Shown here: one piece after another, positions 38,121 to 47,926 of the stretch
Position numbering within the stretch: the stretch's first letter is position 1
Layout: each line of letters opens with the position of its first letter
Assembly (NCBI GenBank): GCA_020852035.1
Contig: JADZBR010000175.1
Coordinates: 1 to 57,838, forward strand
Source of the DNA: Caulobacteraceae bacterium
GTDB taxonomy: Bacteria > Pseudomonadota > Alphaproteobacteria > Caulobacterales > Caulobacteraceae
Direction: 5' to 3'
Length of the DNA stretch: 57,838 nt
Made by a program: the position numbers and the translations under genes
The notes under the pieces: generated by a model
What the model was told of the DNA's origin: nothing
The model's input: the letters and a program-made list of their open reading frames with translations, nothing else
Databases searched by the model: none

Positions 38121-38609
38121 ATGCGCTGGGACCAGTTGGCCGAGGACGATTGCCCCGTCGCCCGCGCACTTTCCGTCATCGGGGACCGCTGGGCGGCGCT
38201 CATCCTGCGAGACGCCCTGCGCGGCGTGACCCGGTTCGACGCGTTCCACGCCCGGTTGGGCTGCAGTCGCGCAATGGTCGCCAAGCGGCTCGCGGAGCTG
38301 GTCGATCAGGGCGTGTTCGAGCTGCGCGCCTACCAGGACCACCCGCCGCGCCATGACTATGTCCTCACCGACCGTGGCCGGGCGCTCGGTCCTATCGTGA
38401 TGATGATGGCCCAGTGGTCGGAGACCTGGCTGCCCCAGCGCCGGTCGAGCCCGCTGCGACGCCGCCACAAGGATTGCGGCCAACTCTTCCAGCCGGTGCT
38501 GGTGTGCTCGGAGTGCCGCGAGCCGGTCGAGCCGGGCCGGGTCGAGTATCCGGACCTCGCGCCCTCGCGCCGGCGAGCGACCACAGATCGCCAGGGCCAG
38601 TCGGCATGA
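38121..38609 (+). CDS. HxlR-family winged-helix regulator
   Basis: CPVARALSVIGDRWAALILRDA..GVTRFD...YVLTDRGRAL; C-terminal HKDCG...CSEC. Confidence 0.9.
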   Translation: MRWDQLAEDDCPVARALSVIGDRWAALILRDALRGVTRFDAFHARLGCSRAMVAKRLAELVDQGVFELRAYQDHPPRHDYVLTDRGRALGPIVMMMAQWSETWLPQRRSSPLRRRHKDCGQLFQPVLVCSECREPVEPGRVEYPDLAPSRRRATTDRQGQSA

Positions 38610-39424
38610 GCTGCCCCGCCCCTCACCCCTTCGACGAAGCCCTCGCTTTGCAGCGGGCTGGCGACGGTCGGTTCACCGGCGTGATGAGCCAAGGCTACTG
38701 GAACATGGCCGGGCCGTTCGGCGGCATGACCGCGGCGATCCTGCTCAAGGCCGTGACGCTCCACCCCGACCTCAAGGGCCGACCGCTGTCGCAGACCGTG
38801 AATTTCTGCGCTGCGATCAGCGCAGATCCGTTCGAACTGGAAACAGTGCTCGAGCGCGACGGGCGTTCGACCCAGCACTGGCGCGTGACCTTGCGCCAGA
38901 ATGACAGCGTCGCCGCGAACGCGACCGTGGTGACCGGCCCCCATCGGGACACCTGGTCCAGCCAGCCCGCCGCCGCGCCGGCCCTGCGGCCTCACGAGAG
39001 TCTCGAAGCCTTCGACACCGCCGGCCGCAGCGGCTGGTTCGGCCGCTATGAGATGCGGTTCGACGGCGGCGCGCCCACGCTCTCGGGTCCCGCGGGCGCC
39101 AGTGGCGACGGCCAGACGCGGGCGTGGCTGCGGGACGAGCCGCCCAGACCGCTGGACTATCCGGCCCTAGCCTCTCTCGCCGACGCCTTTATTCCGCGTG
39201 TCTTCCTCATGCGCGGCGTGCCTGGCCCGGCGGCGACCGTCACGCTGACGACCTACTTCCTCGCCAGCGAGAGCGAACTGGCGGCCCAGGGCGCGCGCCC
39301 CATCGCCGGGGTGGCCACGCCGAGGGCGATCAAGCACGGCTTCCACGACCAGAGCGCCGAACTCTGGGGCGACGACGGAAATCTGCTGGCGGTGTCCCAC
39401 CAGCTCGTGTGGTTCAAGGACTAG
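38606..39424 (+). CDS. Acyl-CoA thioesterase, double hot-dog family
   Basis: GPFGG, ERDGRS, LADAFIP, DQSAELW...SHQL; ATGA overlap. Confidence 0.85.
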   Translation: MSCPAPHPFDEALALQRAGDGRFTGVMSQGYWNMAGPFGGMTAAILLKAVTLHPDLKGRPLSQTVNFCAAISADPFELETVLERDGRSTQHWRVTLRQNDSVAANATVVTGPHRDTWSSQPAAAPALRPHESLEAFDTAGRSGWFGRYEMRFDGGAPTLSGPAGASGDGQTRAWLRDEPPRPLDYPALASLADAFIPRVFLMRGVPGPAATVTLTTYFLASESELAAQGARPIAGVATPRAIKHGFHDQSAELWGDDGNLLAVSHQLVWFKD

Positions 39425-39442
39425 CCCAGGAAGGACCAGCTC

Positions 39443-40213
39443 ATGCCTTCGACTACGGATTCCTCAACGGCGGGTGTGGCGCTCGTCGTCGGCGGCGGCC
39501 CCGGAATCAGCGCCAGCTGCGCCCGGCTGTTCTCCGAGAGCGGCCTGCGCGTCGCCGTCGCCGCCCGCTCGCCGGACAAGCCCGTGCTCCAGGCGCTGGA
39601 GGAGAAATACGACGTGCGCCGCTACGCCTGCGACGCGGCCCGCGCCGAAGATATCGATCGCCTGTTCGACGCCGTCGTGGCCGACCTCGGAACGCCCAGG
39701 CTGGTGGTGCACAACATCGATGGCCGCGTGCCCGGCATCTTCCGCAAGGGGATCATCGAGGCCGATCCGGCGATGGCCTTCGAGACCTTCCGGAACGCCG
39801 CCTTCAGCGCCTTCCTCGTCGGACGGAGCGCAGCGCGGCTGATGCTCGAGAACCCGCCGGACGCCAACGGCGCGCGCGGGACGATCATTTTCACCAACGC
39901 CAGCGCCGCGCTCAAGGGCTTCGCCAACAGCGCCGCCTTCGCCATGACCTGCCAGGCCAAGAGCGGGCTTGCCCAGAGCATGGCGCGTGAATTGATGCCG
40001 CAAGGCATTCACGTCGCCAACGTGCCGATCGACGCCGCCGTCGGCTTCGCGCAAGACGACGGCAGCCGCGCGCATCGCCTGGCGGGAACCACGGTCGACG
40101 ACAACATGGCCCACCCGGACCACATCGCCGAAACCTACCTTCAGCTTCATCGCCAGCATCGATCGACCTGGGCGTTCGAAGTCGTCCTGCGACCGTGGGT
40201 CGAGAAGTGGTGA
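39443..40213 (+). CDS. Short-chain dehydrogenase/reductase, atypical
   Basis: ALVVGGGPGIS, IIFTNASA, LAQSMAREL..GIHVA, QHRSTWAFEVVLRPWVEKW. Confidence 0.88.
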   Translation: MPSTTDSSTAGVALVVGGGPGISASCARLFSESGLRVAVAARSPDKPVLQALEEKYDVRRYACDAARAEDIDRLFDAVVADLGTPRLVVHNIDGRVPGIFRKGIIEADPAMAFETFRNAAFSAFLVGRSAARLMLENPPDANGARGTIIFTNASAALKGFANSAAFAMTCQAKSGLAQSMARELMPQGIHVANVPIDAAVGFAQDDGSRAHRLAGTTVDDNMAHPDHIAETYLQLHRQHRSTWAFEVVLRPWVEKW

Positions 40214-40392
40214 AGGTGCGGGCCGAGGCTCGGTTGTCGATCCCGGGTGGAGCATGGCGGATACGAACCGGCGGTCGGGTTCTGGCTGCTGTGCGCCACT
40301 TCCGGACATTGAGCTCGATCCGGGAAGCGGTCATCGCGAGGGGTGGCGAAGACAGGCATCGATGAAGCGTGGGAACGCGCTTGCCATCGGCT

Positions 40393-40959
40393 CTAGGCGT
40401 CGGCGCGTGCGGCCTTCGTCAGCTCGCGGATCCAGGCGCGCTGGCGGCCGACGTCAAACGGCTCCTCACGCAGCGTGTGTGGGTCCCACTGGCGCCGCTC
40501 GACGACGTCGAAGTGGCTGTTGCCGTATGCGTGCAGCGAGAGCCCGGACTCGCCCGGCTCGCACCACATAGAGTGCACTGTCTCCTCGCCCATCACCGCG
40601 ACTTGTCCGGCGCTGACCCGCACCCGCGGGCCCTCGGCCACATGCGCGCCGTCGCGCCGCCAGGTGCGGTAGCCCTCCGAGCCCTCGATCAGGCCGACGA
40701 CCGCGGTGGTGGCGTGGTCGTGCGGGGCGCTGCGCAGGCCGCCGGTTCCTTCCACGGCGTAGATCGTGAGCTCCGGTCCCTGGGCGTAGACGGCAATCCC
40801 CTTCGTGTCCGACGCCGCGATGTCGCTGCGCAACTCATGGGCGAGCTGCGGAGCTTCGGCGATCAGCCGCCGCATGGCGTCAGCAATCCGCTCCGGCCAG
40901 TTTTCGTACGGCCGCGCCGCGTGGCAGGCGGCGAGGAACAGGGCCAAGTCAGAGCTCAT
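40393..40959 (-). CDS. Cysteine dioxygenase-like cupin
   Basis: SAPHDH, G.IEG.E, VHSM, SLHAYG motifs; ATG after GAGGAGG. Confidence 0.78.
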   Translation of the reverse strand: MSSDLALFLAACHAARPYENWPERIADAMRRLIAEAPQLAHELRSDIAASDTKGIAVYAQGPELTIYAVEGTGGLRSAPHDHATTAVVGLIEGSEGYRTWRRDGAHVAEGPRVRVSAGQVAVMGEETVHSMWCEPGESGLSLHAYGNSHFDVVERRQWDPHTLREEPFDVGRQRAWIRELTKAARADA

Positions 40960-41189
40960 GCGGGCCTCCTCCGGCGAGCATAGCCGTCGTGGTCGGCGAT
41001 GCGAAGTTGAGATCACCCCGGGAAATGGCCGCCCCCCCCTTGGTGTTAACGAGGCGCCCCCAGGCAACGATGCGCCCCAAGCTGACTCTCGCGTTGCGCA
41101 CGGACGCGGACATTCGCCGCCTTAGTTACGAGTGATAGGAACCCGCCGGCTCGGAATTTCAAGCCGCTTGCTTTCGCACCGACCCGACT

Positions 41190-41472
41190 GCGCAATCGCC
41201 GGAGCGGGCCAGGAGGGCAGGGTCCAGTTCGCCGTCCGCCAGGTAGGCGCGCGCGAAGGCCAGGCCCTCGGCGGTCGGGCCGCCCGGCTCGGCGGGCAGG
41301 CGATCGACCATGCCGACCGGCGTCGAGCCGGCGTCAGACATCGGGGGCGTTCTCCGCGGCTTGGACTTCGGCGTCATGCAGAGCCAACTGCGGCGCGTTG
41401 GCCATCGCCAGCCAGTAGCCGGCCAGGGAGAGGATGCCGGTGATCACGCCGAGCCAGGTCAGGGCCAGCCCC
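41190..41472 (-). pseudogene. Fragments: C-terminus of a membrane (MFS-like) protein and N-terminus of the next gene
   Basis: GLALTWLGVITGILSLAGYWLAMANAPQLALHDAEVQAAENAPDV* overlaps MSDAGSTPVGMVDRLPAEPGG...; both have host-like codon usage and both are truncated. Confidence 0.45.
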
Positions 41473-41760
41473 TTTGCGCCCGCTTGTCCGGTCGTGCGAT
41501 CAACCAAAAGACGGACATCGTGAAGAAGCTGACGAAGAGCGTGATGGCGACCTGACTAAGCCGAGCGGGCGACAAAATTGTCGCGATGTCCTCACCCTGA
41601 GACACCACTGGCCAAATGACAAAGTAAGAGACCAACAAGGCGAAAAATACCAACGCGATCACCGAATAGGTGGCTGCACCGGTTAGGCGACACCTTCTGA
41701 GAACCACAAATAGAGGGATGCCGACCACGAAGGCGAGCGGATACCCGGACATGTCGCAGG
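41473..41760 (-). pseudogene. Truncated multi-TM immunity-like membrane protein
   Basis: AT-richer; GYPLAFVVGIPLFVVL...VSFFTMSVFWLIARPDK; N-terminus missing. Confidence 0.5.
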
Positions 41761-42062
41761 TGTTGATTCGATGATTTTCTCCCGCGATCTGCCCTGTGTA
41801 CGGAGCCAATCGATTGATGGTCCGAGTTTATCGCCATACCTGACAATATTTCGATCATCAATTTCGATCCGCTTAACCTCCGGCGTCAAATCCTCAAGCT
41901 GAACACCCAAGGCGTGGCTATCAGCGTGAAGGGTCCGCGCGATCTGCTCAGCTGAATTACCAGCAGCTCGCATGTCCAACGTCTTACCAGCCAATCCTTC
42001 AACGGCATCGATGTATTGCTAGCGGAGAAGCGGAACACTCTTTGCGGCCCTGCCAGCGGCGC
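41761..42062 (-). pseudogene. Decayed polymorphic toxin C-terminal domain (Rhs/CdiA-CT-like)
   Basis: AAKSVPLLR*QYIDAVEGLAGK...SAEQIARTLHA...LTP...RNIVRYGDKLGPSIDWLRTQGRSREKIIES; in-frame TAG at 42019-42021; no start or delivery domain. Family assignment is from recalled similarity only. Confidence 0.55.
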
Positions 42063-42130
42063 CTAGCGTAAGCTGGGCCGCCTCGGGGCGCGAATCTCCG
42101 TCGGACCGGCTCCAGGAGGTGCGGCGCCGG

Positions 42131-44134
42131 CTAGGGGCGAAGTCGCCAGGTCAACCCGACCCGCAGGAACCGCGGGTCCGTGAAGCTCTCCACGCCGTCG
42201 GCGGTCTGAGCGGTCTCGACCCTTTCGTCGAGCGCATTCTCCAGCGAGGCAAAGAGACCAAGGTCGCCGCGCAGGCGCCAGTCCGCCCGCAGGTCCAGGG
42301 TGAGCGCCGGCGACAGCACGCGGCTGTTCAGGTCGTCGTCGAACCGTCGCCCCTCGTAGCGCAGGTCGGCGGCGAGGCTTAGCCGCTCGCCCGCTCGCCA
42401 GTCGAGGCCGGCGCGGGCGGCCCAGCGGGGCGCCTGGGCGGGCCTGAGGCCGGTCAGCTGCGGCGCCTGCCCGCCGCCGTCGACCGTTGCATCGGTGAAC
42501 GCGACCGCCGCCTCGACAGCCAGGCGGCCGCTCATCTGGCGGCGCAGCTCGGCCTCCATGCCCCACGCCTCGATACGCCCGGCATTGCGCCGCTCGCGCA
42601 GCACGCCGCCCGCCGGCACGAAGCCCGCCCGCGGGAAGGTTCCTGGGCCGGCGCCGATCGTGACGTTGGCGATGGCGTCGTCCAGCCGGTTCCAGAAAAC
42701 GGTGGCCTGCGCCGTAGCGCCCCTTCCCCGCCAGGCGAAGCCCGTCTCAACGCCGACAAGCCGCTCGGGCTCAAGCGCCGCATTGGCCTCGGTGATGTCG
42801 TTGCCCACCCGGAAGGGGCGGTGAAGCTCGTTCAGGCTCGGCGGCCGAAAGCCGCTGTAGGTCGCCGCGCGCCAGGACAGCCGCTCGCCGAGCGTCCGGC
42901 GCAGGCCCAGCCGGGCGGAGACCACCCGGCCCGATCGGTCGGCGGGATGGTCGTCAAGGATCACGCCGCCGGTCTGGCGGTCGACTTCGCGCCGCACGCC
43001 GTCCGCGCTCGACCAGCCGTCGACGCGCACGCCGCCCGTCGCTAGCCAGCGGTCGCCGGTCCAGGTTCCCTCGGCGTAGGCGCCGGCCACCCCCTGGCGC
43101 CCGCCGGCGCGGCGCTCGCGCGTGAAGTCGCCGCCCATGAAGCGGAAACGCTCGCGCACCTCGCCTTCGAACCCGCGTGCGTCCAGCCCCGCTTCCCCCT
43201 CGAAGCGTCCGGCCGTCCTTCGCAGCGCGGCGTTGACGCCCCAGCCCTCGGCGGGCGTGGCGAACTGATCGTTGGCCGGCGTGGTCGCCACGCGGCCGGC
43301 GGCCACCGACACGGAACGGTTGGCGAGGTCGCTCGTGCGCCGCCAGGCCTGCAATCGCCAGCCCCAGCCTGCCGCCGGCGCCCGCGCGAAGGTGGCGCTG
43401 AGCGTGTCGCCGCTGGCGCGCGAGCCAGCCCCGACGAGCCCCGCGCCGCGATCCTCGCGATAGGTGGCCGCGCGCAAGGACAGCATGGCCTCGCCGATCG
43501 GCGCGTCGACTCTGAGGGTCGCGCTGCGCGCCTCGAGGTCCAGCCGATCGTCGGCGGCGCCGGCGGCGGACCCGCGCACCGGGCGATAGCCGCCGTCGGT
43601 CTCGTAGGACGCCGAACCGAACAGGCGCAAGCCGCCCAGCGGGGCGACCCCGGCCGCCGCCGCGCGAGCGTTCCGGCGCCCCCCCGCCGAGACCTCGGCC
43701 AGCCCGCCCGACGACCGTTCGTCCAGCCGCACGACGCCGGTCAGCGCCCCTGCTCCGTAGGGCCCGGCCCCCGCGCCGCGCAGGATGGCCGCGCCCTCCA
43801 GGGCCTCGGGCGGCAGCTGCGACCAGATCACCCAGCCGCCGAACGGGTCGTTCAACGGCACGCCGTCGAGCAGCACCAGCGCGCGGCCCGCGCCCGACGG
43901 CGCGATGGCGCGCAGGCTGAGGCCCTGGGTGGTCGGGTTGGCGACCGCGCTGGAGGCGCGGCGGAACAGGGAGACGCCCGGCGTGGCGGTGAGCGCCGCA
44001 TCGACCCGGCCGGCCGCCCGCAGGTCTTGCGCCATCACCTGAGTGACGGAGAACGCCGCCTCGCCGGCGCCTGGGGGCAGCCGCGCGGCGGTGACCACGA
44101 TCTCGGCGACGGGCGGCGGCGTGTCGACGGGCAT
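42131..44134 (-). CDS. TonB-dependent receptor without an evident signal peptide
   Basis: EIVVTAARLP, NPTTQGLSLRAI, LVLLDGVPLNDPFGGW, YGAGALTGVV, FRPPSLNELHRPF, NAALEPE. Confidence 0.88.
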   Translation of the reverse strand: MPVDTPPPVAEIVVTAARLPPGAGEAAFSVTQVMAQDLRAAGRVDAALTATPGVSLFRRASSAVANPTTQGLSLRAIAPSGAGRALVLLDGVPLNDPFGGWVIWSQLPPEALEGAAILRGAGAGPYGAGALTGVVRLDERSSGGLAEVSAGGRRNARAAAAGVAPLGGLRLFGSASYETDGGYRPVRGSAAGAADDRLDLEARSATLRVDAPIGEAMLSLRAATYREDRGAGLVGAGSRASGDTLSATFARAPAAGWGWRLQAWRRTSDLANRSVSVAAGRVATTPANDQFATPAEGWGVNAALRRTAGRFEGEAGLDARGFEGEVRERFRFMGGDFTRERRAGGRQGVAGAYAEGTWTGDRWLATGGVRVDGWSSADGVRREVDRQTGGVILDDHPADRSGRVVSARLGLRRTLGERLSWRAATYSGFRPPSLNELHRPFRVGNDITEANAALEPERLVGVETGFAWRGRGATAQATVFWNRLDDAIANVTIGAGPGTFPRAGFVPAGGVLRERRNAGRIEAWGMEAELRRQMSGRLAVEAAVAFTDATVDGGGQAPQLTGLRPAQAPRWAARAGLDWRAGERLSLAADLRYEGRRFDDDLNSRVLSPALTLDLRADWRLRGDLGLFASLENALDERVETAQTADGVESFTDPRFLRVGLTWRLRP

Positions 44135-44188
44135 TTCGGTTCGGCGCTTGGGTGAGGGAGGGCGGCTCGGAACAGCCCTTCGGCGGCG

Positions 44189-44836
44189 CTAGGCTTCCGC
44201 GGCTATGGTCCGCAGGGCGCGTTCAAACGTGTCGGCGGGCTGGCCGCCCAGGATCAGGTATTTCTCATTGATGATCGCGGCAGGCACCGAGCTGATGCCG
44301 GCCTCATACCACTGGCGCTCCAGCGAGCGGATATGGTCGGCGAAGCGGTTGGAGGCCAGAACGGCGCGGGCCGCCGCCGGGTCGAGACCGGCGCGCTCGG
44401 CGGCGGCCACCAGCACCTCGTGGTCGCCGGGGTTCTCGCCGCGGGTGAAGTAGGCTTCGAACAGGGCGTGCTTGAGCGGCAGCTGGCGGCCCTCCAGGCC
44501 GGCCCAGTGCAGCAGGCGGTGGGCGTCGAAGGTGTTGTAGATCCGACTCTCGGGGGTGGTGGCGATGGTGAAGCCCACCTCGGCGGCGCGGGCGCGGATC
44601 TGCTCGCGGTTGGCCGCCGACTGCTCGGGCGTCGCGCCGTATTTCTCGAAGACGTGCTCGCCGATGTTCTGGCCTTCGGGCGGCATGTCGGGATTGAGCT
44701 CGAAGGGCTGCAGGGTGATCTTCGCGTCGACCAGGTCGCCGACCCGCGCCAGGGCCTCCTCGAGCCCGCCCAGGCCGATGACGCACCAGGGACAGGACAC
44801 ATCGGAGATGAAGTCGATCGTCATGGGTTTGGTCAC
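44189..44836 (-). CDS. DsbA-family oxidoreductase (FrnE-like)
   Basis: SDVSCPWCVIG, PFELNPDMP, NTFDAHRLL, GISSVP, GGQP. Confidence 0.92.
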   Translation of the reverse strand: MTKPMTIDFISDVSCPWCVIGLGGLEEALARVGDLVDAKITLQPFELNPDMPPEGQNIGEHVFEKYGATPEQSAANREQIRARAAEVGFTIATTPESRIYNTFDAHRLLHWAGLEGRQLPLKHALFEAYFTRGENPGDHEVLVAAAERAGLDPAAARAVLASNRFADHIRSLERQWYEAGISSVPAAIINEKYLILGGQPADTFERALRTIAAEA

Positions 44837-44977
44837 GCCGTCGCCTCCCTGGCGAACGAGGCGTCGGCGCCTCAGCCTAGAAATAGCGGTTCGTGCGGGA
44901 AATCCAATTCGTCCGCCGCCGACAAGGCCGGGATGCCGCGAGAACCGGCGGTGGGCCTCACACAGCGCGGGCGGCGC

Positions 44978-45001
44978 TTGACCTTCCCACGGTTGGAAAC
45001 C
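44978..45001 (+). promoter_or_regulatory. CueR-type promoter/operator upstream of pcoA
   Basis: TTGACCTTCCCACGGTTGGAAACC: -35 hexamer overlapping the CueR dyad. Confidence 0.75.
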
Positions 45002-45036
45002 GCATCTCCGGCCGAGTCGCTACCACAGGATGTTTG

Positions 45037-46869
45037 ATGCCCGGGCGCAGACCTGACCTCGACCGACGGACGCTGATCAGAAGCGCGGGGATTCTCGGCG
45101 GCGGCGCGGCGATCGCCTCGCTGCTCCCCGGCTGGGCGCACAGCGCCGCGCAAGGTCTGCCTGGCGAACTGCCGACCTTGTCGGGCGAAGACATCCGGCT
45201 GACCATCGGCCACACGCCCATCACCATCGAAGGCGAGCGGCGCCACGCCGTCACCATCAACGGCACTGTGCCTGGGCCACTGCTTCGGTTGAAGGAGGGG
45301 CGGCGCGTCCGTATCTCCGTCACCAATACGCTCGAGGAATGGACCTCGATCCATTGGCACGGGCTGCTGGTCCCCTCCGAGATGGACGGGGTGCCGGGCG
45401 TGAGCTTTCCGGGAATCGCGCCGGGCCAGACCTTCGTCTACGAGTTCCCGGTCATCCAATCTGGGACGTACTGGTACCATAGCCATTCGGGCCTGCAGGA
45501 GGCGGAAGGCCACTACGCGCCGATCGTCATCGAACCGGCCAGGCCCGATCCGGTCGCATTCGACCGCGAGCATGTGATCGTGCTCGCCGATCACAGCGAG
45601 ATGCACCCGCATCTGATCTTCCGCCGGCTGAAGCAGCAGGGCGGGGTCTTCAACCAGCAGCGCCAGACCCTCGCCGACCTCCTGGCAGGCAAGGACCAGA
45701 CGCTGGCCGAGCGGGTCGAGTGGGCGAAGATGCTGATGGACCCCACCGACATCTCCGACGTCACCGGGGCGGCGATGACCTTTCTGCTCAACGGGCACGG
45801 GCCGAAGGACAACTGGACCGGTCTCTTCGCCCCCGGCGAACGGGTGCGGCTGCGCTTCGTCAACGCCGCTGCGCAGATGATCTTCAACATCCGCATCCCC
45901 GGGCTGAAGCTCACCGTGGTGGCGGCCGACGGCCAGAACGTGCGGCCTGTGGAGGTCGACGAGTTCCAGATCGGCAACGCCGAGACCTACGACATCATCG
46001 TCCAGCCTATCGAGGATCGCGCCTTCACCATAGTGTCCGAAGCCATCGACCGGTCAGGCATGGGCCGCGGCACGCTGGCCCCGAGGATGGGGATGAGCGC
46101 ACCGGTCCCGCCGCTGCGCGAGCGGCCGGTCCTGACCATGAGGGACATGGGAATGGACATGTCCGCCCACGGCGCATCGGGCGGAATGGATCACTCCGGC
46201 ATGGCGGGCATGGACCACGGAGCCATGCCCGAAACGGCGTCCGCGCCGCCGCCCGGGATGGCGCCGCCGAGAGCGCGAGGCTCCGACGTCATGGGCGAAA
46301 TGGTGGGCATGGACATGAACATGCTCAACTACGCCCTGGCGCCGCAGATCAAACCTGGACCGGGCGTGCAGATGATCTCGCCCATGCCCGTGGATCGCAC
46401 CGGCGAGCCGGGTCTGGGGCTGGCCAGCGTCGGTCATCGGGTCCTGGTCTACACCGATCTGATCGCCCTGGAGCCCAATCCGGATCAGCGCGCGCCGGAC
46501 CGCGCCCTGGAGATTCGTCTGACCGGCAATATGGAGCGCTTCATCTGGGGCTTCGACGGCTGGACCTTCAGCGAGAAACCGCCGGCCTATTCGTTCCGCG
46601 CCGGCGAGCGGGTGCGGGTGACGCTGGTCAACGACTCGATGATGACCCACCCCATCCACCTGCACGGCCACTTCTTCGAGCTGGTCCACGGGCCGGTGGG
46701 CCACATGCCGCGCAAGCACACAGTCAACGTCATGCCGGGCGGAAAGGTCAGTTGGGATTTCACCGCCGAGGGCGGCGACTGGGCCTTCCACTGCCACATG
46801 CTCTACCACATGCACGCCGGGATGTTTCAGGTCTTCAAGGTGCGCCCCAGCCAGGGAGCCGGCGCATGA
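45037..46869 (+). CDS. pcoA: Copper-resistance multicopper oxidase (CopA/PcoA), Tat-exported
   Basis: DRRTLI twin-arginine signal; IHWHG, YWYHSH, HPIHLHGH, FHCHMLYHMHAGM; Met/His-rich insert. Confidence 0.94.
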   Translation: MPGRRPDLDRRTLIRSAGILGGGAAIASLLPGWAHSAAQGLPGELPTLSGEDIRLTIGHTPITIEGERRHAVTINGTVPGPLLRLKEGRRVRISVTNTLEEWTSIHWHGLLVPSEMDGVPGVSFPGIAPGQTFVYEFPVIQSGTYWYHSHSGLQEAEGHYAPIVIEPARPDPVAFDREHVIVLADHSEMHPHLIFRRLKQQGGVFNQQRQTLADLLAGKDQTLAERVEWAKMLMDPTDISDVTGAAMTFLLNGHGPKDNWTGLFAPGERVRLRFVNAAAQMIFNIRIPGLKLTVVAADGQNVRPVEVDEFQIGNAETYDIIVQPIEDRAFTIVSEAIDRSGMGRGTLAPRMGMSAPVPPLRERPVLTMRDMGMDMSAHGASGGMDHSGMAGMDHGAMPETASAPPPGMAPPRARGSDVMGEMVGMDMNMLNYALAPQIKPGPGVQMISPMPVDRTGEPGLGLASVGHRVLVYTDLIALEPNPDQRAPDRALEIRLTGNMERFIWGFDGWTFSEKPPAYSFRAGERVRVTLVNDSMMTHPIHLHGHFFELVHGPVGHMPRKHTVNVMPGGKVSWDFTAEGGDWAFHCHMLYHMHAGMFQVFKVRPSQGAGA

Positions 46870-47846
46870 TCCGGGCCGCGCTGATCGTCGGCGCGCTGAC
46901 GGCGACCGCCACCGTCGCCGCCGCGCAAGACCCGCACGCCGGGCATCATATGCCGCCGCCGGCCGATCCTCATGCGGGTCACGATATGCCGGCGCCCGGA
47001 CCGCAGGACCCTCATGCCGGCCACGACATGTCGGCTGCGCCCGCCAGCGCCGATCCCCACGCAGGGCGCGACACGGGGCCGCCGGCCGCGGCCCCCGCCG
47101 CCGCGCAGCTGCCGGTCGGCCAAGCCCCGGCGCCGGCCCCCATCACGGACAGCCTGGCCGACCGCGTCTTCGGCGCAGCGGCGATGGATCGAGCGCGGGA
47201 TGTCCTGGCGCACGAGCACGGCGGCGATCGGGCCTCCAAGCTGCAGGCCGATCTGCTGGAGTGGGCGCCCGCGGGCGGCGCCTACGGCTGGGAAGTCGAA
47301 GGCTGGTGGGGCGGCGACATCGACCGCCTGGCCTTCAAGACCGAGGGCGAGGGCCAAAAGAGCGAAGGGGTGGAGGCCGCCGAGGTCCAGCTGCTCTATT
47401 CGCGCGCCCTCGCCCGCTACACCGACGTGCAGGCCGGCCTGCGCTACGACATCGAGCCACGATCGCGGGCCTACGCCGTCCTGGCTGTCGATACGCTGTT
47501 CCCCTACTGGTTCGAGGCCGAAGGCTCACTGTTCGTGTCGGACAAGGGCGACCTCCTGGCGCGCGTCGAGGGCGCCTACGACCTTCGGCTGACCCAGCGC
47601 CTGATCCTGCAGCCGCGAGCGGAGCTGGACTTCGCCGCCCAGGACATCCCCGAAGCCGGCGCCGGCTCGGGCCTTTCCACCGCCGAACTGGGCCTGCGCC
47701 TGCGCTACGAGATCCGCCGCGAGTTCGCGCCCTACATCGGCGTTTCCTACGAACGCGCCTATGGCGGTACGGCGGACTTCCGCCGCGCGGACGGAGAGGA
47801 TCGGGAGACCACCCGGTTCGTCGTCGGTCTCCGGGCGTGGTTTTAG
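46866..47846 (+). CDS. pcoB: Copper resistance outer-membrane protein B (CopB/PcoB)
   Basis: Signal peptide, DPHAGH repeats, GWWGGDIDRL.FKTEGE, LRLRYEIRREFAPYIGV, GLRAWF. Confidence 0.93.
   Translation: MIRAALIVGALTATATVAAAQDPHAGHHMPPPADPHAGHDMPAPGPQDPHAGHDMSAAPASADPHAGRDTGPPAAAPAAAQLPVGQAPAPAPITDSLADRVFGAAAMDRARDVLAHEHGGDRASKLQADLLEWAPAGGAYGWEVEGWWGGDIDRLAFKTEGEGQKSEGVEAAEVQLLYSRALARYTDVQAGLRYDIEPRSRAYAVLAVDTLFPYWFEAEGSLFVSDKGDLLARVEGAYDLRLTQRLILQPRAELDFAAQDIPEAGAGSGLSTAELGLRLRYEIRREFAPYIGVSYERAYGGTADFRRADGEDRETTRFVVGLRAWF
46929..47069 (+). repeat. Four DPHAG(H/R) metal-binding repeats in the PcoB N-terminus
   Basis: DPHAGHHM, DPHAGHDM, DPHAGHDM, DPHAGRD. Confidence 0.8.
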
Positions 47847-47866
47847 GGGCGCGTTCCGGTGCGCCC

Positions 47867-47890
47867 TTGACCCTCCCACCGCGGGAATCC
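47867..47890 (+). promoter_or_regulatory. CueR-type promoter/operator upstream of copZ
   Basis: TTGACCCTCCCACCGCGGGAATCC. Confidence 0.75.
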
Positions 47891-47926
47891 CCAGATGGTC
47901 GGCGAAACCAGCCAGAGGAGCGTTTG

